Below are positions 27,563 to 42,796 of a stretch of DNA of 64,000 nt, in pieces (the first letter of the stretch is position 1; each line of letters starts with the position of its first letter). The notes below the pieces were generated by a model, which made no database searches, was not told the origin of the DNA, and saw only the letters and a program-made list of their open reading frames with translations. Both the position numbers and the translations under genes were made by a program. The stretch is from the human T2T-CHM13v2.0 reference genome, Homo sapiens. The stretch lies in assembly GCF_009914755.1 (NCBI RefSeq), contig NC_060930.1; one strand, given 5' to 3'.

Positions 27563-30061
27563 TAATATAGTTTGGATATTTGTCCCTTCAAATCTCATGC
27601 TGAGATGTTATCCCCAGTGTTGGAGGTGGGGCTTGGTGGGAGGTGTTTGGGTCATGGGGTGGATCCCTCATGAATGGCTTGGTGCCCTCCCTGTGATAAT
27701 GAGTTCAGAAGAGATCTAGTTGATTAAGAGAGGCTGCCACCTCCACCTCTCTGTCATGGTCCTTTTCTCACCATGTAACACATTGGCTTCCCTTTGCCTT
27801 CCACTATGATTATAAGCTTCCTGAGGCCTTCACCAGAAGCAGATGCTGGTAATATGCTTTGTGTAAAGCCTGCAGAACTCTGGGCCAAATAAACTTTTCT
27901 TTAGTAATTACCCAGCCTCAGGTATTCCTTTACAGCAATGCAAATGGACTGAGATAGAAAATTGGTACTAAAGAGCAGGGTGTTGCTGTAAAGATACCTG
28001 AAAAGGTGGAAGTGGCTTTGGAACTGGGTAATGGGCAGGGGTTAGAAGAGTTTGGAGGGCTCAGAAGAAGACAGGAAGATGAGGGAAGGTTTGGAACTTC
28101 TTAAAGACTGGTTAAGTGGTTGTGACCAAAATGCTGATAGAAATATGGACAGTGAAGGCCCATCTGACAAGGTTGGAGATGGATATGAGGAAGTTATTGG
28201 GAACTGCAGTTAACGTCTCTATGTTATGCCCTAGCAAAGAATTTGGCTGCCTTGTGTCCATGCCCTAGGGATCTGTGGAAGTTTGAACTTAGAAGTGATG
28301 ACTTAGAGTATCTGATAGAAGAAATTTCTTTCTTTCTTTCTTTTTTTTTTTTTTTTTTTGCAACAGGGTCTCACTCTGTCACCCAGGGTGGAGTGCAGTG
28401 GGAAGAAATTTTTGAGCAGCAAAGCATTCAAGAAGTGGCATGGCAGCTTCTGATGACCTACAATCAGATATGGAAGCAAAGGAATGACTTAAAGTTGCTT
28501 TCCTTATAATTAAAAGGGAAGCAGAGCACAAAAATTTGGAAAATTTGCAGCTTAGGCTTGTGGTAAAGAAGCAAAAAGCATTTTCAGGAGAGGAATTGAA
28601 GTGGGCTGTGAAGGAACCACTTGCTAGAGAGATTAGCATGACTAAAATGGAGGCAATTCCTAATAGCCAAGACAATGGGAAAAAGGCCTTGAAGGGATTT
28701 CAGAAATCTCCAGGGCAGCTTCTCCGATCACAGACCTGGAGGCCTAGAATGGTTTTAGGGGACAAGCCCAGGGGCATGCTGCCATGTGCAGCCTGGGGAC
28801 ACTGCTCCCCACATCTCAGTTTCTCCACCTCCAGCTGTGGCTCAAAAGGCCCCAGCGACAGCTCTGGTCACTTTGGAGAGCACAAGCCACTGTAAGCCTT
28901 GGGGGCTTCCATGTGATGTTAAGCCTGCAGGTGCACAGAATAAATGCAAGAGTGAAGGAGGCATGGCAGCTTCCACCTAGATTTCAGATGATGTACCAGA
29001 AAGCCTGGGTGCTCAGGCAGAAGCCTGCTGCAGCAGTGGAGCCCTCACAGAGAAACTCTCCTAGGGCAATGCTGGGGGGAAATGTGGGATTGGAGCCCCC
29101 ACCCAGAGTCTCCACCAGGGCACTGCCTAGTGGAGCTGTGGGAAGGGGGCTGCCACCTTCCAGACCCAAGAATGATACAGCCACTGGCAGCTTACACCCT
29201 GAGCTTGGAAAAGCTGCAGACATTCAATTCCATCCTGTGAGAGCAGCCACAGGGGCTTCACCTTGCAAATCCATAGGGACAGAACTGCCTAAGGCTTTGG
29301 GAGCCCATGTCTTGCTCCAGTGTGCCCTGGATGTGGGACATGGAGTTGAAGGAGAGCTTTGGAGCTTTAAGGTTTATTGTCTCCCCTGCTAGGTTTTGGA
29401 CTTATGTGGAGCCTGTTGCCCCTTTCTTTTGGATTTCTCTCTTTTGGAATGGGAGTGTTTACACAATACCTGTACCACCTTTGTATCTTGGAGCTGAATA
29501 ACTTCTTTTTGATTTTACAGGCTCATAGGTGGAAGAAACTTACCTTGAGTCTCAAATGAGACTTTGGACTTTTGAGTTAATGCTGGAACGAGTTGACCTT
29601 GGGGGACTATTGGGAAGAGATGATTATATTTTGCAGTGAGATTTAGGTGGCCAGGGGCAGAATGATAATAGTTTTTATGTTTGTCTCCTCCAAATCCCGT
29701 GTTGAGATGTAATCCCCAATGTTGGAGATAGGGCTTGGTGGGAGGTGTTTGGGTCATGGGGGCAGATCTCTCATGAATGCCTTCGTGCCCTCCCTGCAGT
29801 AATGAGTTCATGTGAGATCTGGTTGCTTAAAAGAGGCTGGCATCTCTGCCTCTCTGTCTTGCTGTTTTTCTTGACGTGTGACATGTTGGCTTCCCTTTGC
29901 CTTGCACCATGATTTTAAGCTTCTTGAGGCTCTCACCAAAGCAGATGCTGGCACTGTGCTTTGTGTGCAGCCTGCAGAACTGGGAGCCAAATAAACCTCT
30001 TTTGTTTGGAAATTACCCAGCCTCAGGTATTCCTTTATAGCAATGCGAATGGACTAATACA
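27563..30061 (+). mobile_element. Full-length MST (MSTB-like) MaLR provirus: 5' LTR 27563-27955, internal region, 3' LTR about 29663-30061; sense to AKAP7 in intron 1
   Basis: Two similar LTRs of about 400 bp flank typical MaLR internal sequence; ORFs 28536.. and 28784.. are MaLR-int remnants. Confidence 0.9.
28330..28401 (-). mobile_element. Severely 5'-truncated Alu (about 40 bp plus T-tail) inside the MST internal region
   Basis: acagggtctcactctgtcacccagggtggagtgcagtgg flanked by TSD gaagaaattt. Confidence 0.8.
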
Positions 30062-30181
30062 ACAGGGGTGTGTGTGTGTGAACAATAGTAGAGATTAATC
30101 AAATTGCAGTAAAAATGTGTGTTTTTTGGCTTGTATGTTAACTGTGGCCTATCATCATAGCCATGTTGTAGCCATATTCTT

Positions 30182-30769
30182 TTTTTTTTTTTATTTTTTA
30201 TTTTTTATTTTTTATTTTTTTATTGATCATTCTTGGGTGTTTCTCGCAGAGGGGGATTTGGCAGGGTCATAGGACAATAGTGGAGGGAAGGTCAGCAGAT
30301 AAACAAGTGAACAAAGGTCTCTGGTTTTCCTAGGCAGAGGACCCTGCGGCCTTCCGAAGTGTTTGTGTCCCTGGGTACTTAAGATTAGGGAGTGGTGATG
30401 ACTCTTAACGAGCATGCTGCCTTCAAGCATCTGTTTAACAAAGCACATCTTGCACCGCCCTTAATCCATTTAACCCTGAGTGGACACAGCACATGTTTCA
30501 GAGAGCACAGGGTTGGGGATAAGGTCACAGATCAACAGGATCCCAAGGCAGAAGAATTTTTCTTAGTACAGAACAAAATGAAAAGTCTCCCATGTCTACT
30601 TCTATCCACACAGACCCGGCAACCATCCGATTTCTCAATTTTTTCCCCACCCTTCCCGCCTTTCTATTCCACAAAACCGCCATTGTCATCATGGCCCATC
30701 CCCAATGAGCCGCTGGGCACACCTCCCAGACGGGGTCGTGGCGGGGCAGAGGGGCTCCTCACTTCCCAG
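30182..30769 (-). mobile_element. 5'-truncated SVA (poly-A, SINE-R, a little VNTR)
   Basis: SINE-R text (gatcattcttgggtgtttctcgcagaggggg...) and VNTR unit (gcagaggggctcctcacttcccag); perfect 15-bp TSD tgtagccatattctt at 30167-30181 and 30770-30784. Confidence 0.95.
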
Positions 30770-31725
30770 TGTAGCCATATTCTTAATGGACTATGTTTTA
30801 CAGGTATTGTATCTGAAAATAGAGTATTACAAGAGAATGAATTAAAGGACTTCTTAAACATCTTGAGTGGTAAATTAGTCTTTAGTAAATATGTAGAGTA
30901 AAAATTATATTAGTATTCCAGGATTCTGTTCAATCTTATTAGTTCGGACAGCATTTGTGTCTGTCAATAAAGGCATGGGTTATAATGGCACTGGGGAGAC
31001 CACCATCTGATAAATTTAGCAATTAACTTTATCAATTTAAACATACACCTTCTTTCTCTTACCTCCACCCAAGGTATATGATTGTTCTACCCATAGCAAG
31101 AAAACAAAAAAAGACCAAATAGGAAATATGGCTTTAAAGTTAGTATATCACCATGGGAGAGGAGTTAGGGAAACTGTAAGATCATTTGCTTTTTAATAAT
31201 TGAATTTTCAGAAAAGCATATTTAGAACCATGTATTTTTAACTAAATATCCAGTGTTAAATATAATGATGGAGAGAAACAACTTAAAAGTCTTTATTGAA
31301 GAAAAAATTATAGGCCAGAACTTGTACAAATAAGAACACATAAGTGATATTGCTAAAAATAAGAATGAGAATGACTGACAAACCTTGCTGGTTGTTTTAA
31401 AAGGTACGTGAAAAAACGTAGTTTTAGAATTAAAATATAGCTGTAAAAGATCTTGAGGATTATTGATTGACTCAGTTTTCATCTAATCATACATTGAATA
31501 CTGTGTTTTAGAAAATGATTAAAGCTTTATAAGTGTACAAAAATATAGAGTGTGGTATAAATGTTTATATAAATAGCTTTATGATATATTTGAACACAAG
31601 TAGTACATTTCTTAACAGATGTTAATTTATATTGAAATCAGTGAGCTGAGTTATTTTCATTTAGGATATGTTTAAATAATGACAAGTTAAATAATCCTTT
31701 TTTTTCTGTTTGTGATATGTTAAAG

Positions 31726-31857
31726 GAGGAATTAATTCCAATGAGTGTGAAAATGTATCAAGAAAAAAGAAAATGTCAGAGGAATTTGAAGCCAATACTA
31801 TGGATTCTCTGGTAGACATGCCATTTGCTACTGTAGATATTCAGGATGACTGTGGAA
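31726..31857 (+). CDS. AKAP7: AKAP7 coding exon 2 (132 nt; GINSNECENVSRKKKMSEEFEANTMDSLVDMPFATVDIQDDCG)
   Basis: T-tract plus taaag| acceptor; donor A|gtaagt at 31858; phase 1/1; contains in-frame Met23 at 31773 (MSEEF). Confidence 0.96.
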
Positions 31858-32001
31858 GTAAGTACTTTATTAAGTAAACGCGTATTTAGAAGCAATGAGT
31901 AGTAAATTTAGTTATATATATATTTTTTTCTTTATAAGTTGTTTCACTTTTAATACTTATGTTTTTGAGTTTTAATTTTGATTTCATTTCATTTATTCTA
32001 G

Positions 32002-32293
32002 TTTTTTGAGACACAGTCTTGCTCTGTCATCTAGGCTGGAGTGGTGTGATCACAGTTCACTGCAGCCTTGACCTGCCAGTCTTAAGTAATCCTCCCACCT
32101 CAGCTTCCTGGTGGGAGGTAGCTGGGACCACAGGCATGTGTGGCACCATATGTGGCTACATTTTTATTTTTCTTTGTAGAGGTGGGGTCTTGCCATGTTG
32201 CCCAGGCTGGTCTCAAACTCCTGGGCTCAAGCCATCCTCCTGCCTTGGCCTCCAAAAGTGCTGGGATTACAGATGTGAATGATCGTGCCGCGC
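32002..32293 (-). mobile_element. Alu (J)
   Basis: Diverged antisense Alu 145 bp downstream of exon 2. Confidence 0.85.
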
Positions 32294-32766
32294 CAAGTCT
32301 TGTTTTTTATTTAATAGTTGTCTATATCTATTGGTATAATAATAATAATGTTATATTCATATATAATAATATCTGTGATAAAATAATCACAGATAATATT
32401 GACGTGTGTCACAAAATGTTGAGCCAGCTACTTCTGAAAATAATGGGATAGATAATGCCCTTGATTATTGTGGAGCCACTGCTAATTTCAGCAGTACCCA
32501 TTTATCTAACACATGTTTACTAGCTGTTTGGTATCCTCTAAGCACTTTGCTAGGCATTGAGAGGGTCCATCAGTGAACAAGATGGGCATTATCACTGCCC
32601 CAAAGGAGCTCAACAGGTTAATAGTGAGAACAGGTCAACTTTTAATTAAATGTTCATGTATTGGATCAATTCAGTCTTTGAGAGCTTCATTCACAAACTT
32701 TAAAGCAACAATGCTTACTTGATTGAAATACTGCTGGAATTACATAAATATCCAAATCTGTGTTTT

Positions 32767-32915
32767 GGCCAGATGCGGTGGCTCATGCCTGTGTTCTTAA
32801 CACTTTGGGAGGCTGAGACGGGAGGATAACTTGAGGCCAGGAGTTTGAGACCAGCCTGGTCAACATAGGGAGACCCCCATCTCTATTTTAGTAAAATAAA
32901 TAAATTAAAAAAAAA
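32767..32915 (+). mobile_element. FLAM / Alu left monomer
   Basis: Single sense monomer with A-rich tail. Confidence 0.8.
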
Positions 32916-35739
32916 TCTGTTTTATGTCATTGTAAAAACAACACTGTCCATGATATTTGGGTTTACCTTCACTGAAAATGTTAAAGATTTGACTATTGTC
33001 CAGGTTACTTGTGGGGAGGAAAATAAGGAAAAGCGTCAATATGTTTGGATGTTTATTGACTACATACTCTGCGCCATTCAACTGTTTGCAACCTTACGTA
33101 AAGCCTTGCTGTGGTTTGATATGCTTTTTTCATGACTAGGGCTCTGTGGCATAACAAATCATCTGCTTTAGTCTCTTCATTTTGAGAAAAGAAAACTGAC
33201 TTAGAGAAGTTAAGTAAATTAAATTCACACGGTGGGAAAGAACTAGTTGTAGAATCTGGTTTCTGATTTGTTAGTCATTTCTTTGATGAACATTTATAGC
33301 CAGGCATTGTGCTGGACATTGGGAATATTAAAACACACAACAGTCTTGAACGTCAAGAAGCTCCCAGCTTCATTGGGGAGCCAATCTGTTGACAGCTATC
33401 ATCTCATAAGATGAATGCCATACAGGCTGCTCTGGAAGTGCATGACGTGAGGATGTGTTCAGGGAGGCATCTAACCTGGGTGTGGGAGGAGAGGGTGTCC
33501 ATGAAGCCTTTCTAGGTGTTTGGCAAGAGTAGAGGCTTGGAGGATGAGTATGAACTATTCAGTGCTCTTGAAATTATCTGACCATCAGAATTTTCTGCAG
33601 AGTGATGTAAAAGCACAGATTCTTCTTTTTCAACCTTTGCATCCTGCCAGGGAATCTTTTTGTTTAAAAATTTTTTTAAACATCTCAAGTAATTCTGATG
33701 CTCAGCCAGTCTCAGAAACCACACTACTCTTTATCACACTGTCTTCTGGAGGCAGTGAACCTGACTTGTATTTTGGGAAGATGTGAACTTAAAACGATTA
33801 AGTCTTTGGTATTTTATTAAGCAGTCTTTCCCATTCCATAATCCAAGGGGGAGAAGGAATCAGGAAGAGGTGTTTCCTATATTTTCCTTTACAACTGCCC
33901 CGTAGAGCAGAACCATGTTTGTGAGTTTCACGGCTGTTGGGGAAACCTTCACTGAAGAATTTTCATACCTGTTAATTAGAAGATACTCTTAGAAAAAAGT
34001 GAGAATAGCAAGGATTTAATGTTTTCCTCTTAATATCCTACTTGTTGAACAAATAAAATGAATATGTTTAAAAAATTCAATCACTTCTTTCTGATTTCAT
34101 TACTTTCTCTAATTTGGATATAAATAAAGAAGGCTTCTCATGAATAGCCATGCCCTGTGTGCCCACCATGGGCCTCACTCACCCGCGTTCTCCCTGTGAG
34201 CCTTGTTCCAGTCTCTGAATCACTCCCATTGGAGTGCATAAGTTAGATTGGAACAAGGGATGAGTCTGTTCATTCTTCCAGCTGCAGGCACTTCTGATTT
34301 ATACATAGCTTACATATATCTAATGTATATGAACACATAGCTTCTACTAGCGATGGAAAGCAAGATACTGCCAGAATCCCAGAGAGCAAATAGTGTTTCT
34401 GTAGTCACCATATTCTTATATCTCTACTGTTAGGGAGATTAACAGCCATTGGGACCAGAAAGAAGGAAGGGGCTGGATGTGTTTGTGGCATGCATTTCAT
34501 TCCTGCTCTGAAAGCAACAGCTGTTTCCTCAGAGGATGTGCATTGGAGGGATGGCCAGTTCTTCATATGAACAGGATCTTTTCTCTCTAGGATATGATAT
34601 ATTTTTTACCAAAGAAGTGATGTTATCTATGTATACTAGGGGCTCAGGCCAGTCCACAAAAGTCTACTTTTAACTAATATATACGCTTTTTGATAATTCA
34701 GGCTTTATGAGTTAAAAGTCTTTGTGGGTTAGTCTAGACTGCAAACCACCATGTATTATATGACTTTTGTGGGAAGATGGATTGAAAATTCCAGGCTCCA
34801 ACTTATACATGGGCAGCGTGGTGCAAAGGGAAAAACAGAAAACTTGTGTTTTACGTTTTGGTTACTTCATTATCTACTTGGACCTTTGACACTTAAAGTG
34901 TGGATAAAAATTCCCCCCCCCGTTTATCTCATAGTGTTGCTTTCTGGCTAAAAAGAGATAATGTATGCAAGAAAGAAGCTAAAAATGTAAAATAACGAAT
35001 AAATGTTATTTATAAAACCTTTGAAACGTACCCCTTAGTTATTTGGGGACAACTTACTCTCTCAGTTTTATAATAGCATTTACTAAAACACTAAGGAACA
35101 AATAGTACAATTCTTTGCAAACCAGAAACTACTAACTAGTTTTTCTGAAGTGAGATTTTTATAGGAATGTACAAAAACTGGGAGTTTTATTGCCAACCCT
35201 TAAACCGTAAGAAAGGTATAATAATAGTGTTTGTGCCTGAAACACAATATAATTAGTTTGTGGCTTGAATGGACTGAATTTGGCTTTCTTGTACATTTAG
35301 TAATCAGTCTACTCATTTGCTCCATGGTAGATGGCAACCTCAAAATTCTCAGGTTGTTTGTTGCCTATGATTCCTTCAGTTTTCTTTGACGTGTGGAAAT
35401 TGCGAGTTAACTGCCAAGAAATTCTTGCTAATAGACACCCTGGCAGAGCAATGAGGAAAGTAGTGCTAACAAAAACATCATGGGAAGGGGAATCCTTGGC
35501 AGTAGGAAAACTCCCCTTGAAACGGTTAGTGTCTCTCGATTGTCAGCTGCGTTGCCTTCAGTGCGAATGTGGTATCTTGATTAGGCAGCATGTGGTCTGG
35601 TTGGGTGAGATGGGTCTTTTCTTCAAAACTAACCAAAACATGTAGAGACTTTTATTAGGGTTATAGTTTAGAATGTTATAACTAAAAATTAGAAGATAAC
35701 ATGCATTAGAACTAAATATGAGAATATAAAAGTATATTA

Positions 35740-36236
<497 letters not shown>

Positions 36237-36437
36237 TTATAAACCCAGTAAACCATCCAGGAAAGCATTTGGGTTGCTACTGTTCTGCATTCAAAAGTAG
36301 AATGGAGAGTCATTCTGCTGTTGGGAATAGCTTAGTATGCTTCCCACAGTGTGACTTTGTGGAGAGTTTTAGTTTAATTGATTCTAGTCTCTTAAAGGAA
36401 TCACAGTTCTTAACTATCAGGCCACATTTATCGAATT

Positions 36438-36558
36438 TATTTAGGGATGGGATCTCACTATGTTGCCTAGGCTAGTCTCAAACTCCTGGGCTCCAGTGAT
36501 CCGCCCACCTCAGTCTCTTGAGTAGCTGGGAAAACAGGTATGCACCACTATGCCTGGT
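36438..36558 (-). mobile_element. FLAM-like monomer
   Basis: Antisense Alu monomer. Confidence 0.75.
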
Positions 36559-37316
36559 CTTAAGCCACATTTAAATAAAATCTTTTGATTTTCTTTTTTT
36601 TGTGTGTCATGTCTTCCCTAAATGTGGAATTCAGTTCTCCTTATAGTAAAATGCTTATAATTCTTATTTTACCTCACACAGAATTCTACTCTGTAATAAC
36701 TGAAGATTTTGGAGATATGGGAAATCGTAATTTTGCTACTTATTAATCCTAACAAGTTGTTACATTTAAAAAATACTTAGATTTTAAACATCTTAAAATA
36801 TAAATTGAAACTTACCTTCACCTAAAACTTTTTTATACAAAAATGCTATATCAAATAAAGATCGAATCTTTGTACTTGATATAGTAGGTGGTTACCCTGA
36901 GTCAGTTAAGAAAATAAAAGATAAATTGTTTTCTGCATCCTCTATAATTAATTGGGGAAGCATATACTGCATATTCCAAATGTTATTATGAAAGAGGTTA
37001 AGGCAAATATCTGCCCCAAATAACATAAATGATTAATATCTTTTATTTTGTTAAAAAAATAAGAAAATGAATAAAAATTGGAACAAGCCCAATCACTAAA
37101 TTAATACAACACATATTTATTGAGTGTGTTATGTACCAGGTACTGTTATTGGTGCTGAGCTGAGGACAGTTAGTTCAGCTAGTGTGTACTTTTTCCAGGC
37201 TCAAGTTCATTCATTATCGATGACATTGACATTGGCATAATAATGGTAGCTGTCTCACAGGATTGTTGGAAAGATTCAATTCCTCAATACATGTGAAGTC
37301 CTTAAAACGTAACTAG

Positions 37317-37802
<486 letters not shown>

Positions 37803-37903
37803 TAAAGAGGGAGAAGGTAAGGTTTTTTTTTTTTTTAAGAAAATTTTAGTAATTTGCCAAAGATTATTGAGATACTAAAGGGGAATAATTCTGTGAAATA
37901 TAT

Positions 37904-38195
37904 GGCCGGGTGTGGTGGCTCACGCCTGTAATCCCAGCACTTTGGGAGGCTGAGGCGGGTGGATCACCTGAGGTGAGGGGTTTGAGACCAGCCTGGCCAA
38001 CATGGTGAAACCCTATCTCTACTAAAAATACAAAAAATTAGCCGAGTGTGGTGGCATGTGCCTGTAATCCCAGCTACTCAGGAGGCTGAGGCAGGAGAAT
38101 CGCTTGAACCTAGGTAATGGAGGTTGCAGTGAGTCAAGATTGTGCCATTGTACTCTAGCCTGGACAACAAGAGTGAAACTCAGTCTCAAAAAAAA
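37904..38195 (+). mobile_element. Alu (S)
   Basis: Sense Alu; TSD tgaaatata. Confidence 0.9.
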
Positions 38196-38316
38196 TATCC
38201 TATGAAATATAGAAGATAGTGTTCTAAGTCAATAGCTAAGGAATTTTAGGAATGGTTACTTTGAAGATTTTAGCTGCCTAAATAACAAGAAAAAATAAAA
38301 TATCAAAACAAATCTA

Positions 38317-38350
38317 ATTCATTCTCAGCCTTTTAGCTAAGAGTAAGTGT
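38317..38350 (+). pseudogene. 3'-truncated U2 snRNA retropseudogene fragment (U2 nt 1-34)
   Basis: ttctcagccttttagctaagagtaagtgt versus U2 ttctcggccttttggctaagatcaagtgt (25/29). Confidence 0.6.
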
Positions 38351-38986
38351 GAAAACAGTGAACCCACTATAACGGATGGATGACTTAATTTTTCTCATCA
38401 TTCATTTCTTTGTAGTTTTTGAGGGAATAAATAGAACTTGAGAAAAAATTAGATAATTTACATAAAATTACACGTGGTGCTTCAGTTAAAAAAACAAATA
38501 CACGAATCAGAGAGTTACAGCCTTTGTCAGCAAGACCAGATTCATTACTACACATTAAAATGGCTACTGAAATCATTATGAAAATTAACAAGTGGAATAA
38601 ATTAAATTTGTAAGATGGGTTTATGAGCTGTACTCCAACTGATGACTTTTTTGCTAACCAATGAAGTTACTCTAAATAATCAGTTGAGAGGTCCTGGGCC
38701 TGTGGCCAAATTTTTCTACATTTTGTTCTATGGTCATTGATTTTTGAAATTCTAATTGGTAAACTAGATGATTACATAAATATTTTGTTCCTTATATTTT
38801 CATATGAAACTAAAAATAAAGAATAATATCCAGTTGTATTTTAGAACCTACATTATAATTTCAAAGTGAGAAATAAAATGGAGTTCAGTAATGAAAAGCA
38901 CACGGATTTTATACTTTGACCATATATAAATAAACTTTACAGATAAAATCAGAGATGGTATGCAAACAAGAGAGAAGAAATATTGG

Positions 38987-39629
<643 letters not shown>

Positions 39630-40368
39630 TCAGCAGGGCTCACGGAATTAAGAAAAGTGTATTACAAGGGTTGGTAAAACTGTACTGTAGCAATAAATAC
39701 AGGATTCCTTTTTTCCCCATCTGTCATTAGGTATTTTAAAACTACACACTGTCTGTGATGCCTAACAAAAGAAAATTTTAGATTATCCAGTTCAAAGGAA
39801 AGTTAAATAGTTATTGGTAAAATTATAGAAAACTAAATAAATTTAGACAAACCATGTCCTACTTTATTTTTGCCTGAAAGTATTCTGGGTTGGGGTTTTA
39901 CACTATGTCATTCTCCTGATAGCAGAATGGTTAGAGTTGTTATATGTTATAACCATTACCTTGAGAGATTATGATTTTTTTTTTTGCAAAATGGATTTAT
40001 AGGATGTTTGAAATGGCAAAAATAAGTTGCTACAGATGGGAAGACAGTTTAGTATTAAATAGATAAGGTAGTGTTAAATAGGTAAGGTAGAAAACAACGT
40101 AGTGTCAGTGGTCTTTGAAATACTGTGTTAATTCTGTCCCCCTTTTTAGTATTGTTCATATTGGAGTGTGAGTAAAATACAGAAAAAATGATTATATATC
40201 TTATCTTCACAGTAAAGAATGTACTATACATGGCCACCCAATAAACAGTGTATGCAAAAAATGGAAATAAAAATTTCATAAAACAATACTTATACTAACT
40301 GTGAGCAATATACTATCTACATGACTTCTGTCTCATTCCATTCCATTCTTTAAAAAGTGCTCTTTATT

Positions 40369-40778
<410 letters not shown>

Positions 40779-40929
40779 TTAATATCACCGCAAATTGTCG
40801 TAATTAGTACAAGTGTTAACAGTTAGTACCTTTACCACAAATCACAGAAAGCTAGAACTGGAAGAGACCCCCTAGAGAGAGATTGTCTAAACGTTCCTCC
40901 CTGTCCCTGTTTTTTTTTTTTTTTTTTTT

Positions 40930-42400
40930 TTAATGTTGCATTGTAGAAACTTTGAAGCATATATTAGAGAAAATAGGAAAAGAAGCCTCATGTATTCATT
41001 ACCTCTTCTTTACTGGATTATTTTGAGGTAGATCCCAGACATATTACTTTATCTGTAAATACTTTAGTATATTTCTTTAAAAGGTAAAGAATCTTTAAGA
41101 AAAAATTCAAAATATCCTTACTATACCAAAAAATACTGGTAATTCTTAATGTCATCAAATAGCAAGACAATCTCTGATTATGTCATAATTTTAAAAAATC
41201 TGGATTATTTGAATTAGTTACCAAAATCTATGCACTATATTTCACTGACACATCTCTTGAGTCTCTTTTCATGTATAAATCTCCTTTTTTCCTTTTGGGT
41301 ATGTGTATGTGTGTGTTTATTGTTGAAGAAATCAGGTTGTGTAGAAGTTTTGCTATTCTGGTTATTTAAAATTTTTTTCTGTCTCTTCTAGTAAACTGGT
41401 AGTTAGATCAAGAGGCTTAATTAAGTTTCTGACATTTGTAAGAATGTTCCAAAGATAGTATTTTTTTTTTTTCTTTCTGAGAGACAGGGCCTCACCCTGT
41501 CATCCACACTGGAGTACAGTGGCATGATCATAGCTCACCGTAACCTCGAACTCCTGGGCTCAAGTGATTCTTCCACCTCAAGTAGCTGGGATTATAGGTG
41601 CATACCACAATGCCTGGTTAATTTCTAAATTTTTTGTAGAGATGGGGTCTTGCTGTGTTGCCCAGCCTGGTTTTAAATTCCTTGCCTTTAGTGGTCCTCC
41701 CACCTAGGTCTCACAAAGTGCTAAGATTACAGGCATGAGCCACTGTGCCTGGCCAAAGATAGTATTTTGAATTTCCTATAGTGTGATATCAGTAGGCAAA
41801 TAATGTTTGCTTGTCTTGCCTTTTTGCAACTTTAAGATTGATCAGTGGCTTCAGGTCTTATTACTCTAAAGTATCTATTATTAAAGTTCCCCATCAGCCT
41901 TCCATCTAATGGATCATCCATTGATGGTCATTGGGTTGATCTCTTACTTTGTTAAGCATTTTGAAATGGTGATATTCTAACTATCTTTTTGCATTAATTA
42001 GCTTGAAATTTCTATAAAGAACTTTACCTTAGCTAGCTATTTAATTTCCTATATGACTATTTGGTTATAAGGAAAGATGGAATAAATGCTTGACTTTTTT
42101 CTGTTATCATCAGATATTTAGAATCGTGTTTCTCTAGATTCCTCCAAAGGTGACCTGTGAGTTTTTGGCTTTAATTTTTTTTAGTATCATTAAGAATGGA
42201 TGGATTTAAGCATATTTGATGTATTTAACACCACTGAAGTTTATTCTATTTGGTGCCCAAATTGTCCCATCTTTGGCCAATGAGAAGACATTTAAATTGA
42301 ATTTAGAGATCTTCTCATATGACCCTAGGAGTCTTTGAATTTCCAGAACTCTCATACATTGTATGCTCCAGACCTGGAATCAGCTCTTTCTCCAAGGATT
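40930..42400 (-). mobile_element. Old L1MC 3' region interrupted by an AluJ (41461-41754, -)
   Basis: L1MC-type antisense 3'UTR; Alu TSD caaagatagtatttt. Confidence 0.65.
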
Positions 42401-42796
42401 AGTAAGATTTTTAAGTTCTCAGATAAACCTATTAAGTTACTTAATTAAAAGATGCTTGTTGGAAATCTAGTCTTCAGGTCATTGGCCTTTTCACTATCCA
42501 GTGCTGCCTCTATAAATTGAAACACACAGTACTAGTCATTTTCTCAACTGCTGTTTTCCCTTCTATCTTTTGTATTTTTTTCCCAGTACAGTACAGGTTG
42601 ATAGCTGCCAGATTCACCATCCCAGCATCCTGTGTTGCTTGGGGTTAGCCCTGTGTGGTGATTTGGACAATGAAATATAAGGGGATGGATGCTAGGAACT
42701 TATTTAGAATTGATTTGTAATTTTACCTTAAAAAAAGGGGGTCTTGCTTTTGAAATTTATTTTTCAACATTATATTTAATTTAAAAAACTGTTCAG

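Noticed and set aside
28243-29990. ORFs of up to 202 aa in intron 1
   Set aside because: Decayed MaLR (MST) internal and LTR sequence, fragmented across frames; not a gene
30227-30901. 169-aa and shorter ORFs
   Set aside because: Standard antisense SVA SINE-R translation products
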